From the human T2T-CHM13v2.0 reference genome, Homo sapiens, in NCBI RefSeq assembly GCF_009914755.1, contig NC_060929.1: 64,000 bases of DNA, one strand, 5' to 3'. This document shows, piece after piece, positions 1-12,400 of the stretch; positions within the stretch are counted from its first letter, which is position 1, and each line of letters starts with the position of its first letter. Position numbers and translations under genes: made by a program. The notes beneath the pieces were generated by a model that was not told where the DNA came from, ran no database searches, and saw only the letters and a program-made list of their open reading frames with translations.

Positions 1-48
1 CACTCTGTTTGTAAAGTCTGCAAGTGGATATTCAGACCTCTTTGAGGC

Positions 49-65
49 CTTCGTTGGAAAAGGGT
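49..65 (+). promoter_or_regulatory. Mutated CENP-B box (CTTCGTTGGAAAAGGGT), predicted non-binding
   Basis: Seen: C>A at 61 changes the essential CGGG to AGGG. Confidence 0.85.
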
Positions 66-217
66 TTTTTTCATATAAGGCTAGAGAGAAGAATTCCCAG
101 TAACTTCCTTGTGTTGTGTGTGTTCAACTCACAGAGTTGAACTTTCATTTACACAGAGCAGATTTGAAACACTCTTTTTGTGGAATTTGCAAGTGGAGAT
201 TTCAAGCGCTGTGAGGC

Positions 218-234
218 CAAAGGCAGAAAAGGAA
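218..234 (+). other. A-box (pJ-alpha-position) motif of the A-type monomer, representative copy CAAAGGCAGAAAAGGAA
   Basis: Seen: sits at the CENP-B-box-equivalent position in alternate monomers. Known: A-type alphoid monomers carry a pJ-alpha-like box here; this version is degenerate. Confidence 0.6.
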
Positions 235-388
235 ATATCTTCGTATAAAAACTAGACAGAATCATTCTCAGAAACTGCTCTGCGATGTGTGCGTTCAACT
301 CTCAGAGTTTAACTTTTCTTTTCATTCAGCAGTTTGGAAACACTCTGTTTGTAAAGTCTGCACGTGGATAATTTGACCACTTAGAGGC

Positions 389-405
389 CTTCGTTGGAAA
401 CGGGT
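389..405 (+). promoter_or_regulatory. CENP-B box, representative intact copy (CTTCGTTGGAAACGGGT); about 189 box positions recur every ~340 bp from 49 to 63944
   Basis: Seen: matches the 17-bp consensus YTTCGTTGGAARCGGGA with all nine essential bases (TTCG....A..CGGG). The last base is T after X/Y/E dimers and A after Z/D dimers. The count is estimated from span divided by period. Confidence 0.96.
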
Positions 406-2469
406 TTTTTTCATGTAAGGCTAGACAGAAGAATTCTCAGTAACTTCCTTGTGTTGTGTGTATTCAACTCACACAGTTGAACGATCCTTTACACAGAGCA
501 GACTTGTAACACTCTTTTTGTGGAATTTGCAAGTGGAGATTTCAGCCGCTTTGAAGTCAAATGTAGAAAAGGAAATATCTTCCTATAAAAACTAGACATA
601 ATGATTCTCAGAAACTCCTTTGTGATGTGTGCGTTCAACTCACAGAGTTTAACCTTTCTTTTCATAGAGCAGTTAGGAAACACTCTGTTTGTAAAGTCTG
701 CAAGTGGATATTCAGACCTCTTTGAGGCCTTCGTTGGAAACGGGTTTTTTTCATATAAGGCTAGACAGAAGAATTCCCAGTAACTTCCTTGTGTTGTGTG
801 TGTTCAACTCACAGAGTTGAACTTTCATTTACACAGAGCAGATTTGAAACACTCTTTTTGTGGAATTTGCAAGTGGAGATTTCAAGCGCTTTGAGGCCAA
901 AGGCAGAAAAGGAAATATCTTCGTATAAAAACTAGACAGAATCATTCTCAGAAACTGCTCTGTGATGTGTGCGTTCAACTCTCAGAGTTTAACTTTTCTT
1001 TTCATTCAGCAGTTTGGAAACACTCTGTTTGTAAAGTCTGCACGTGGATAATTTGACCACTTAGAGGCCTTCGTTGGAAACGGGTTTTTTTCATGTAAGG
1101 CTAGACAGAAGAGTTCTCAGTAACTTCCTTGTGTTGTGTGTATTCAACTCACACAGTTGAACGATCCTTTACAGAGAGCAGACTTGTAACACTCTTTTTG
1201 TGGAATTTGCAAGTGGAGATTTCAGCCGCTTTGAAGTCAAAGTAGAAAAGGAAATATCTTCCTATAAAAACTAGACAGAATGATTCTCAGAAACTCCTTT
1301 GTGATGTGTGCGTTCAACTCACAGAGTTTAACCTTTCTTTTCATAGAGCAGTTAGGAAACACTCTGCTTGTAAAGTCTGCAAGTGGATATTCAGCCCTCT
1401 TTGAGGCCTTCGTTGGAAACGGGTTTTTTTCATATAAGGCTAGACAGAAGAATTCCCAGTAACTTCCTTGTGTTGTGTGTGTTCAACTCACAGAGTTGAA
1501 CTTTCATTTACACAGAGCAGATTTGAAACACTCTTTTTGTGGAATTTGCAGGTGGAGATTTCAAGCGCTTTGAGGCCAAAGGCAGAAAAGGAAATATCTT
1601 CGTATAAAAACTAGACAGAATCATTCTCAGAAACTGCTCTGCGATGTGTGCGTTCAACTCTCAGAGTTTAACTTTTCTTTTCATTCAGCAGTTTGGAAAC
1701 ACTCTGTTTGTAAAGTCTGCACGTGGATAACTTGACCACTTAGAGGCCTTCGTTGGAAACGGGTTTTTTTCATGTAAGGCTAGACAGAAGAATTCTCAGT
1801 AACTTCCTTGTGTTGTGTGTATTCAACTCACAGAGTTGAACGATCCTTTACACAGAGCAGACTTGTAACACTCTTTTTGTGGAATTTGCAAGTGGAGATT
1901 TCAGCCGCTTTGAAGTCAAAGGTAGAAAAGGAAATATCTTCCCATAAAAACTAGACAGAATGATTCTCAGAAACTCCTTTGTGATGTGTGCGTTCAACTC
2001 ACAGAGTTTAACCTTTCTTTTCATAGAGCAGTTAGGAAACACTCTGCTTGTAAAGTCTGCAAGTGGATATTCAGCCCTCTTTGAGGCCTTCGTTGGAAAC
2101 GGGTTTTTTTCATATAAGGCTAGACAGAAGAATTCCCAGTAACTTCCTTGTGTTGTGTGTGTTCAACTCACAGAGTTGAACTTTGATTTACACAGAGCAG
2201 ATTTGAAACACTCTTTTTGTGGAATTTGCAAGTGGAGATTTCAAGCGCTTTGAGGCCAAAGGCAGAAAAGGAAATATCTTCGTATAAAAACTAGACAGAA
2301 TCATTCTCAGAAACTGCTCTGCGATGTGTGCGTTCAACTCTCAGAGTTTAACTTTTCTTTTCATTCAGCAGTTTGGAAACACTCTGTTTGTAAAGTCTGC
2401 ACGTGGATATTTTGACCACTTAGAGGCCTTCGTTGGAAACGGGTTTTTTTCCTGTAAGGCTAGACAGAA

Positions 2470-2808
2470 GAATTCCCAGTAACTTCCTTGTGTTGTGTAC
2501 ATTCAACTCACAGAGTTGAACGTTCCCTTAGACAGAGCAGATTTGAAACACTCTTTTTGTGCAATTGGCAAGTGGAGATTTCAAGCGCTTTAAGGTCAAT
2601 GGCAGAAAAGGAAATATCTTCGTTTCAAAACTAGACAGAATCATTCCCACAAACTGCGTTGTGATGTGTTCGTTCATCTCACAGAGTTTAACCTTTCTTT
2701 TCATAGAGCAGTTAGGAAACACTCTGTTTGTAAATTCTGTAAGTGGATATTCTGACATCTTGTGGCCTTCGTTGGAAACGGGATTTCTTCATATTCTGCT
2801 AGACAGAA
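2470..2808 (+). repeat. Z-type 339-bp dimer (representative; 28 copies in the window), used as HOR landmark
   Basis: Seen: diagnostic GTACATTC, AACGTTCCCTTAGAC, GTGCAATTGGC, CGTTTCAAAA, CCCACAAACTGCGTTG, TTCTGACATCTTGTGGCC. It is tracked by the 28 spurious 99-aa ORFs. Confidence 0.9.
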
Positions 2809-3446
2809 GAATTCTCAGAATCTTCCTTGTGTTGTGTGTATTCAACTCACACAGTTGAACGATGGTTTACACAGAGCAGATTTGAAACACTCTTTTTGTG
2901 GAATTTGCAAGTGGAGATTTCAGCCGCTTTGAGGTCAATGGTAGAAAAGGAAATATCTTCGTATAAAAACTAGACAGAATGATTCTCAGAAACTTCTTTG
3001 TGATGTGTGCGTTCAACTCACAGAGTTTAACCTTTCTTTTCATAGAGCAGTTAGGAAACACTCTGTTTGTAAACTCTGCAAGTGGATATTCAGACCTCTT
3101 TGAGGCCTTCGTTGGAAACGGGATTTCTTCATACTGTGCTAGACAGAAGAATTCTCAGTAACTTCCTTGTGTTGTGTGTATTCAACTCACAGAGTTGAAC
3201 GATCCTTTACACAGAGCAGACTTGAAACACTCTTTTTGTGGAATTTGCAAGTGGAGATTTCAGCCGCGTTGAGGTCAATGGTAGAAAAGGAAATATCTTC
3301 GTATAAAAACTAGACAGAATGATTCTCAGAAACTCCTTTGAGATGTGTGTGTTCAACTCACAGAGTTTAACCTTTCTTTTCATAGAGCAGTTAGGAATCA
3401 CTCTGTTTTTAAAGTCTGCAAGTGGATATTCAGACCTCTTTGAGGC

Positions 3447-3463
3447 CTTCGTTGGAAAAGGGT
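3447..3463 (+). promoter_or_regulatory. Mutated CENP-B box, duplicate of the copy at 49-65
   Basis: Seen: same C>A at 3459, exactly 3398 bp downstream. Confidence 0.85.
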
Positions 3464-6400
3464 TTTTTTCATATAAGGCTAGAGAGAAGAATTCCCAGTA
3501 ACTTCCTTGTGTTGTGTGTGTTCAACTCACAGAGTTGAACTTTCATTTACACAGAGCAGATTTGAAACACTCTTTTTGTGGAATTTGCAAGTGGAGATTT
3601 CAAGCGCTGTGAGGCCAAAGGCAGAAAAGGAAATATCTTCGTATAAAAACTAGACAGAATCATTCTCAGAAACTGCTCTGCGATGTGTGCGTTCAACTCT
3701 CAGAGTTTAACTTTTCTTTTCATTCAGCAGTTTGGAAACACTCTGTTTGTAAAGTCTGCACGTGGATAATTTGACCACTTAGAGGCCTTCGTTGGAAACG
3801 GGTTTTTTTCATGTAAGGCTAGACAGAAGAATTCTCAGTAACTTCCTTGTGTTGTGTGTATTCAACTCACACAGTTGAACGATCCTTTACACAGAGCAGA
3901 CTTGTAACACTCTTTTTGTGGAATTTGCAAGTGGAGATTTCAGCCGCTTTGAAGTCAAATGTAGAAAAGGAAATATCTTCCTATAAAAACTAGACATAAT
4001 GATTCTCAGAAACTCCTTTGTGATGTGTGCGTTCAACTCACAGAGTTTAACCTTTCTTTTCATAGAGCAGTTAGGAAACACTCTGTTTGTAAAGTCTGCA
4101 AGTGGATATTCAGACCTCTTTGAGGCCTTCGTTGGAAACGGGTTTTTTTCATATAAGGCTAGACAGAAGAATTCCCAGTAACTTCCTTGTGTTGTGTGTG
4201 TTCAACTCACAGAGTTGAACTTTCATTTACACAGAGCAGATTTGAAACACTCTTTTTGTGGAATTTGCAAGTGGAGATTTCAAGCGCTTTGAGGCCAAAG
4301 GCAGAAAAGGAAATATCTTCGTATAAAAACTAGACAGAATCATTCTCAGAAACTGCTCTGTGATGTGTGCGTTCAACTCTCAGAGTTTAACTTTTCTTTT
4401 CATTCAGCAGTTTGGAAACACTCTGTTTGTAAAGTCTGCACGTGGATAATTTGACCACTTAGAGGCCTTCGTTGGAAACGGGTTTTTTTCATGTAAGGCT
4501 AGACAGAAGAGTTCTCAGTAACTTCCTTGTGTTGTGTGTATTCAACTCACACAGTTGAACGATCCTTTACAGAGAGCAGACTTGTAACACTCTTTTTGTG
4601 GAATTTGCAAGTGGAGATTTCAGCCGCTTTGAAGTCAAAGTAGAAAAGGAAATATCTTCCTATAAAAACTAGACAGAATGATTCTCAGAAACTCCTTTGT
4701 GATGTGTGCGTTCAACTCACAGAGTTTAACCTTTCTTTTCATAGAGCAGTTAGGAAACACTCTGCTTGTAAAGTCTGCAAGTGGATATTCAGCCCTCTTT
4801 GAGGCCTTCGTTGGAAACGGGTTTTTTTCATATAAGGCTAGACAGAAGAATTCCCAGTAACTTCCTTGTGTTGTGTGTGTTCAACTCACAGAGTTGAACT
4901 TTCATTTACACAGAGCAGATTTGAAACACTCTTTTTGTGGAATTTGCAGGTGGAGATTTCAAGCGCTTTGAGGCCAAAGGCAGAAAAGGAAATATCTTCG
5001 TATAAAAACTAGACAGAATCATTCTCAGAAACTGCTCTGCGATGTGTGCGTTCAACTCTCAGAGTTTAACTTTTCTTTTCATTCAGCAGTTTGGAAACAC
5101 TCTGTTTGTAAAGTCTGCACGTGGATAACTTGACCACTTAGAGGCCTTCGTTGGAAACGGGTTTTTTTCATGTAAGGCTAGACAGAAGAATTCTCAGTAA
5201 CTTCCTTGTGTTGTGTGTATTCAACTCACAGAGTTGAACGATCCTTTATACAGAGCAGACTTGTAACACTCTTTTTGTGGAATTTGCAAGTGGAGATTTC
5301 AGCCGCTTTGAAGTCAAAGGTAGAAAAGGAAATATCTTCCTATAAAAACTAGACAGAATGATTCTCAGAAACTCCTTTGTGATGTGTGCGTTCAACTCAC
5401 AGAGTTTAACCTTTCTTTTCATAGAGCAGTTAGGAAACACTCTGCTTGTAAAGTCTGCAAGTGGATATTCAGCCCTCTTTGAGGCCTTCGTTGGAAACGG
5501 GTTTTTTTCATATAAGGCTAGACAGAAGAATTCCCAGTAACTTCCTTGTGTTGTGTGTGTTCAACTCACAGAGTTGAACTTTGATTTACACAGAGCAGAT
5601 TTGAAACACTCTTTTTGTGGAATTTGCAAGTGGAGATTTCAAGCGCTTTGAGGCCAAAGGCAGAAAAGGAAATATCTTCGTATAAAAACTAGACAGAATC
5701 ATTCTCAGAAACTGCTCTGCGATGTGTGCGTTCAACTCTCAGAGTTTAACTTTTCTTTTCATTCAGCAGTTTGGAAACACTCTGTTTGTAAAGTCTGCAC
5801 GTGGATATTTTGACCACTTAGAGGCCTTCGTTGGAAACGGGTTTTTTTCCTGTAAGGCTAGACAGAAGAATTCCCAGTAACTTCCTTGTGTTGTGTACAT
5901 TCAACTCACAGAGTTGAACGTTCCCTTAGACAGAGCAGATTTGAAACACTCTTTTTGTGCAATTGGCAAGTGGAGATTTCAAGCGCTTTAAGGTCAATGG
6001 CAGAAAAGGAAATATCTTCGTTTCAAAACTAGACAGAATCATTCCCACAAACTGCGTTGTGATGTGTTCGTTCATCTCACAGAGTTTAACCTTTCTTTTC
6101 ATAGAGCAGTTAGGAAACACTCTGTTTGTAAATTCTGTAAGTGGATATTCTGACATCTTGTGGCCTTCGTTGGAAACGGGATTTCTTCATATTCTGCTAG
6201 ACAGAAGAATTCTCAGAATCTTCCTTGTGTTGTGTGTATTCAACTCACACAGTTGAACGATGGTTTACACAGAGCAGATTTGAAACACTCTTTTTGTGGA
6301 ATTTGCAAGTGGAGATTTCAGCCGCTTTGAGGTCAATGGTAGAAAAGGAAATATCTTCGTATAAAAACTAGACAGAATGATTCTCAGAAACTTCTTTGTG

Positions 6401-9400
6401 ATGTGTGCGTTCAACTCACAGAGTTTAACCTTTCTTTTCATAGAGCAGTTAGGAAACACTCTGTTTGTAAACTCTGCAAGTGGATATTCAGACCTCTTTG
6501 AGGCCTTCGTTGGAAACGGGATTTCTTCATACTGTGCTAGACAGAAGAATTCTCAGTAACTTCCTTGTTTTGTGTGTATTCAACTCACAGAGTTGAACGA
6601 TCCTTTACACAGAGCAGACTTGAAACACTCTTTTTGTGGAATTTGCAAGTGGAGATTTCAGCCGCGTTGAGGTCAATGGTAGAAAAGGAAATATCTTCGT
6701 ATAAAAACTAGACAGAATGATTCTCAGAAACTCCTTTGAGATGTGTGTGTTCAACTCACAGAGTTTAACCTTTGTTTTCATAGAGGAGTTAGGAAACACT
6801 CTGTTTGTAATGTCTGCAAGTGGATATTCAGACCTCTTTGAGGCCTTCGTTGGAAACGGGTTTTTTTCATATAAGGCTAGACAGAAGAATTCCCAGTAAC
6901 TTCCTTGTGTTGTGTGTGTTCAACTCACAGAGTTGAACTTTCATTTACACAGAGCAGATTTGAAACACTCTTTTTGTGGAATTTGCAAGTGGAGATTTCA
7001 AGCGCTTTGAGGCCAAAGGCAGAAAAGGAAATATCTTCGTATAAAAACTAGACAGAATCATTCTCAGAAACTGCTCTGTGATGTGTGCGTTCAACTCTCA
7101 GAGTTTAACTTTTCTTTTCATTCAGCAGTTTGGAAACACTCTGTTTGTAAAGTCTGCACGTGGATAATTTGACCACTTAGAGGCCTTCGTTGGAAACGGG
7201 TTTTTTTCATGTAAGGCTAGACAGAAGAGTTCTCAGTAACTTCCTTGTGTTGTGTGTATTCAACTCACACAGTTGAACGATCCTTTACAGAGAGCAGACT
7301 TGTAACACTCTTTTTGTGGAATTTGCAAGTGGAGATTTCAGCCGCTTTGAAGTCAAAGTAGAAAAGGAAATATCTTCCTATAAAAACTAGACAGAATGAT
7401 TCTCAGAAACTCCTTTGTGATGTGTGCGTTCAACTCACAGAGTTTAACCTTTCTTTTCATAGAGCAGTTAGGAAACACTCTGTTTGTAAAGTCTGCAAGT
7501 GGATATTCAGACCTCTTTGAGGCCTTCGTTGGAAACGGGTTTTTTTCATATAAGGCTAGACAGAAGAATTCCCAGTAACTTCCTTGTGTTGTGTGTGTTC
7601 AACTCACAGAGTTGAACTTTCATTTACACAGAGCAGATTTGAAACACTCTTTTTGTGGAATTTGCAGGTGGAGATTTCAAGCGCTTTGAGGCCAAAGGCA
7701 GAAAAGGAAATATCTTCGTATAAAAACTAGACAGAATCATTCTCAGAAACTGCTCTGCGATGTGTGCGTTCAACTCTCAGAGTTTAACTTTTCTTTTCAT
7801 TCAGCAGTTTGGAAACACTCTGTTTGTAAAGTCTGCACGTGGATAATTTGACCACTTAGAGGCCTTCGTTGGAAACGGGTTTTTTTCATGTAAGGCTAGA
7901 CAGAAGAATTCTCAGTAACTTCCTTGTGTTGTGTGTATTCAACTCACAGAGTTGAACGATCCTTTACACAGAGCAGACTTGTAACACTCTTTTTGTGGAA
8001 TTTGCAAGTGGAGATTTCAGCCGCTTTGAAGTCAAAGGTAGAAAAGGAAATATCTTCCTATAAAAACTAGACAGAATGATTCTCAGAAACTCCTTTGTGA
8101 TGTGTGCGTTCAACTCACAGAGTTTAACCTTTCTTTTCATAGAGCAGTTAGGAAACACTCTGCTTGTAAAGTCTGCAAGTGGATATTCAGCCCTCTTTGA
8201 GGCCTTCGTTGGAAACGGGTTTTTTTCATATAAGGCTAGACAGAAGAATTCCCAGTAACTTCCTTGTGTTGTGTGTGTTCAACTCACAGAGTTGAACTTT
8301 GATTTACACAGAGCAGATTTGAAACACTCTTTTTGTGGAATTTGCAAGTGGAGATTTCAAGCGCTTTGAGGCCAAAGGCAGAAAAGGAAATATCTTCGTA
8401 TAAAAACTAGACAGAATCATTCTCAGAAACTGCTCTGCGATGTGTGCGTTCAACTCTCAGAGTTTAACTTTTCTTTTCATTCAGCAGTTTGGAAACACTC
8501 TGTTTGTAAAGTCTGCACGTGGATATTTTGACCACTTAGAGGCCTTCGTTGGAAACGGGTTTTTTTCCTGTAAGGCTAGACAGAAGAATTCCCAGTAACT
8601 TCCTTGTGTTGTGTACATTCAACTCACAGAGTTGAACGTTCCCTTAGACAGAGCAGATTTGAAACACTCTTTTTGTGCAATTGGCAAGTGGAGATTTCAA
8701 GCGCTTTAAGGTCAATGGCAGAAAAGGAAATATCTTCGTTTCAAAACTAGACAGAATCATTCCCACAAACTGCGTTGTGATGTGTTCGTTCATCTCACAG
8801 AGTTTAACCTTTCTTTTCATAGAGCAGTTAGGAAACACTCTGTTTGTAAATTCTGTAAGTGGATATTCTGACATCTTGTGGCCTTCGTTGGAAACGGGAT
8901 TTCTTCATATTCTGCTAGACAGAAGAATTCTCAGAATCTTCCTTGTGTTGTGTGTATTCAACTCACACAGTTGAACGATGGTTTACACAGAGCAGATTTG
9001 AAACACTCTTTTTGTGGAATTTGCAAGTGGAGATTTCAGCCGCTTTGAGGTCAATGGTAGAAAAGGAAATATTTTCGTATAAAAACTAGACAGAATGATT
9101 CTCAGAAACTTCTTTGTGATGTGTGCGTTCAACTCACAGAGTTTAACCTTTCTTTTCATAGAGCAGTTAGGAAACACTCTGTTTGTAAACTCTGCAAGTG
9201 GATATTCAGACCTCTTTGAGGCCTTCGTTGGAAACGGGATTTCTTCATACTGTGCTAGACAGAAGAATTCTCAGTAACTTCCTTGTGTTGTGTGTATTCA
9301 ACTCACAGAGTTGAACGATCCTTTACACAGAGCAGACTTGAAACACTCTTTTTGTGGAATTTGCAAGTGGAGATTTCAGCCGCGTTGAGGTCAATGGTAG

Positions 9401-9429
9401 AAAAGGAAATATCTTCGTATAAAAACTAG

Positions 9430-12400
9430 ACAGAATGATTCTCAGAAACTCCTTTGTGATGTGTGCGTTCAACTCACAGAGTTTAACCTTTCTTTTCATA
9501 GAGCAGTTAGGAAACACTCTGCTTGTAAAGTCTGCAAGTGGATATTCAGACCTCTTTGAGGCCTTCGTTGGAAACGGGTTTTTTTCATATAAGGCTAGAC
9601 AGAAGAATTCCCAGTAACTTCCTTGTGTTGTGTGTGTTCAACTCACAGAGTTGAACTTTGATTTACACAGAGCCGATTTGAAACACTCTTTTTGTGGAAT
9701 TTGCAAGTGGAGATTTCAAGCGCTTTGAGGCCAAAGGCAGAAAAGGAAATATCTTCGTATAAAAACTAGACAGAATCATTCTCAGAAACTGCTCTGCGAT
9801 GTGTGCGTTCAACTCTCAGAGTTTAACTTTTCTTTTCATTCAGCAGTTTGGAAACACTCTGTTTGTAAAGTCTGCACGTGGATATTTTGACCACTTAGAG
9901 GCCTTCGTTGGAAACGGGTTTTTTTCCTGTAAGGCTAGACAGAAGAATTCCCAGTAACTTCCTTGTGTTGTGTGTGTTCAACTCACAGAGTTGAACTTTC
10001 ATTTACACAGAGCAGATTTGAAACACTCTTTTTGTGCAATTGGCAAGTGGAGATTTCAAGCGCTTTAAGGTCAATGGCAGAAAAGGAAATATCTTCGTTT
10101 CAAAACTAGACAGAATCATTCCCACAAACTGCGTTGTGATGTGTTCGTTCATCTCACAGAGTTTAACCTTTCTTTTCATAGAGCAGTTAGGAAACACTCT
10201 GTTTGTAAATTCTGTAAGTGGATATTCTGACATCTTGTGGCCTTCGTTGGAAACGGGATTTCTTCATACTGTGCTAGACAGAAGAATTCTCAGTAACTTC
10301 CTTGTGTTGTGTGTATTCAACTCACAGAGTTGAACGATCCTTTACACAGAGCAGACTTGAAACACTCTTTTTGTGGAATTTGCAAGTGGAGATTTCAGCC
10401 GCGTTGAGGTCAATGGTAGAAAAGGAAATATCTTCGTATAAAAACTAGACAGAATGATTCTCAGAAACTCCTTTGAGATGTGTGTGTTCAACTCACAGAG
10501 TTTAACCTTTCTTTTCATAGAGCAGTTAGGAATCACTCTGTTTGTAAAGTCTGCAAGTGGATATTCAGACCTCTTTGAGGCCTTCGTTGGAAACGGGTTT
10601 TTTTCATATAAGGCTAGACAGAAGAATTCCCAGTAACTTCCTTGTGTTGTGTGTGTTCAACTCACAGAGTTGAACTTTCATTTACACAGAGCAGATTTGA
10701 AACACTCTTTTTGTGGAATTTGCAAATGGAGATTTCAAGCGCTTTGAGGCCAAAGGCAGAAAAGGAAATATCTTCGTATAAAAACTAGACAGAATCATTC
10801 TCAGAAACTGCTCTGCGATGTGTGCGTTCAACTCTCAGAGTTTAACTTTGCTTTTCATTCAGCAGTTTGGAAACACTCTGTTTGTAAAGTCTGCACGTGG
10901 ATAATTTGACCACTTAGAGGCCTTCGTTGGAAACGGGTTTTTTTCATGTAAGGCTAGACAGAAGAATTCTCAGTAACTTCCTTGTGTTGTGTGTATTCAA
11001 CTCACACAGTTGAACGATCCTTTACACAGAGCAGACTTGTAACACTCTTCTTGTGGAATTTGCAAGTGGAGATTTCAGCCGCTTTGAAGTCAAATGTAGA
11101 AAAGGAAATATCTTCCTATAAAAACTAGACAGAATGATTCTCAGAAACTCCTTTGTGATGTGTGCGTTCAACTCACAGAGTTTAACCTTTCTTTTCATAG
11201 AGCAGTTAGGAAACACTCTGTTTGTAAAGTCTGCAAGTGGATATTCAGACCTCTTTGAGGCCTTCGTTGGAAACGGGTTTTTTTCATATAAGGCTCGACA
11301 GAAGAATTCCCAGTAACTTCCTTGTGTTGTGTGTGTTCAACTCACAGAGTTGAACTTTCATTTACACAGAGCAGATTTGAAACACTCTTTTTGTGGAATT
11401 TGCAAGTGGAGATTTCAAGGGCTTTGAGGCCAAAGGCAGAAAAGGAAATATCTTCGTATAAAAACTAGACAGAATCATTCTCAGAAACTGCTCTGTGATG
11501 TGTGCGTTCAACTCTCAGAGTTTAACTTTTCTTTTCATTCAGCAGTTTGGAAACACTCTGTTTGTAAAGTCTGCACGTGGATAATTTGACCACTTAGAGG
11601 CCTTCGTTGGAAACGGGTTTTTTTCATGTAAGGCTAGACAGAAGAGTTCTCAGTAACTTCCTTGTGTTGTGTGTATTCAACTCACACAGTTGAACTTTCA
11701 TTTACACAGAGCAGATTTGAAACACTCTTTTTGTGGAATTTGCAGGTGGAGATTTCAAGCGCTTTGAGGCCAAAGGCAGAAAAGGAAATATCTTCGTATA
11801 AAAACTAGACAGAATCATTCTCAGAAACTGCTCTGCGATGTGTGCGTTCAACTCTCAGAGTTTAACTTTTCTTTTCATTCAGCAGTTTGGAAACACTCTG
11901 TTTGTAAAGTCTGCACGTGGATAATTTGACCACTTAGAGGCCTTCGTTGGAAACGGGTTTTTTTCATGTAAGGCTAGACAGAAGAATTCTCAGTAACTTC
12001 CTTGTGTTGTGTGTATTCAACTCACAGAGTTGAACGATCCTTTACACAGAGCAGACTTGTAACACTCTTTTTGTGGAATTTGCAAGTGGAGATTTCAGCC
12101 GCTTTGAAGTCAAAGGTAGAAAAGGAAATATCTTCCTATAAAAACTAGACAGAATGATTCTCAGAAACTCCTTTGTGATGTGTGCGTTCAACTCACAGAG
12201 TTTAACCTTTCTTTTCATAGAGCAGTTAGGAAACACTCTGCTTGTAAAGTCTGCAAGTGGATATTCAGCCCTCTTTGAGGCCTTCGTTGGAAACGGGTTT
12301 TTTTCATATAAGGCTAGACAGAAGAATTCCCAGTAACTTCCTTGTGTTGTGTGTGTTCAACTCACAGAGTTGAACTTTCATTTACACAGAGCAGATTTGA

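Larger units (their letters stand above)
1..6770 (+). repeat. Tandem duplication, period 3398 bp (20 monomers)
   Basis: Seen: private variants GGAAAAGGG, CTAGAGAGAAG, GCGCTGTGAGG and AGACATAATG each recur at +3398. Confidence 0.9.

Noticed and set aside
361-366. E-box CACGTG in every X dimer, and TATAAAA motifs in A monomers
   Set aside because: Short motifs intrinsic to the repeat consensus; nothing in the sequence supports promoter function.
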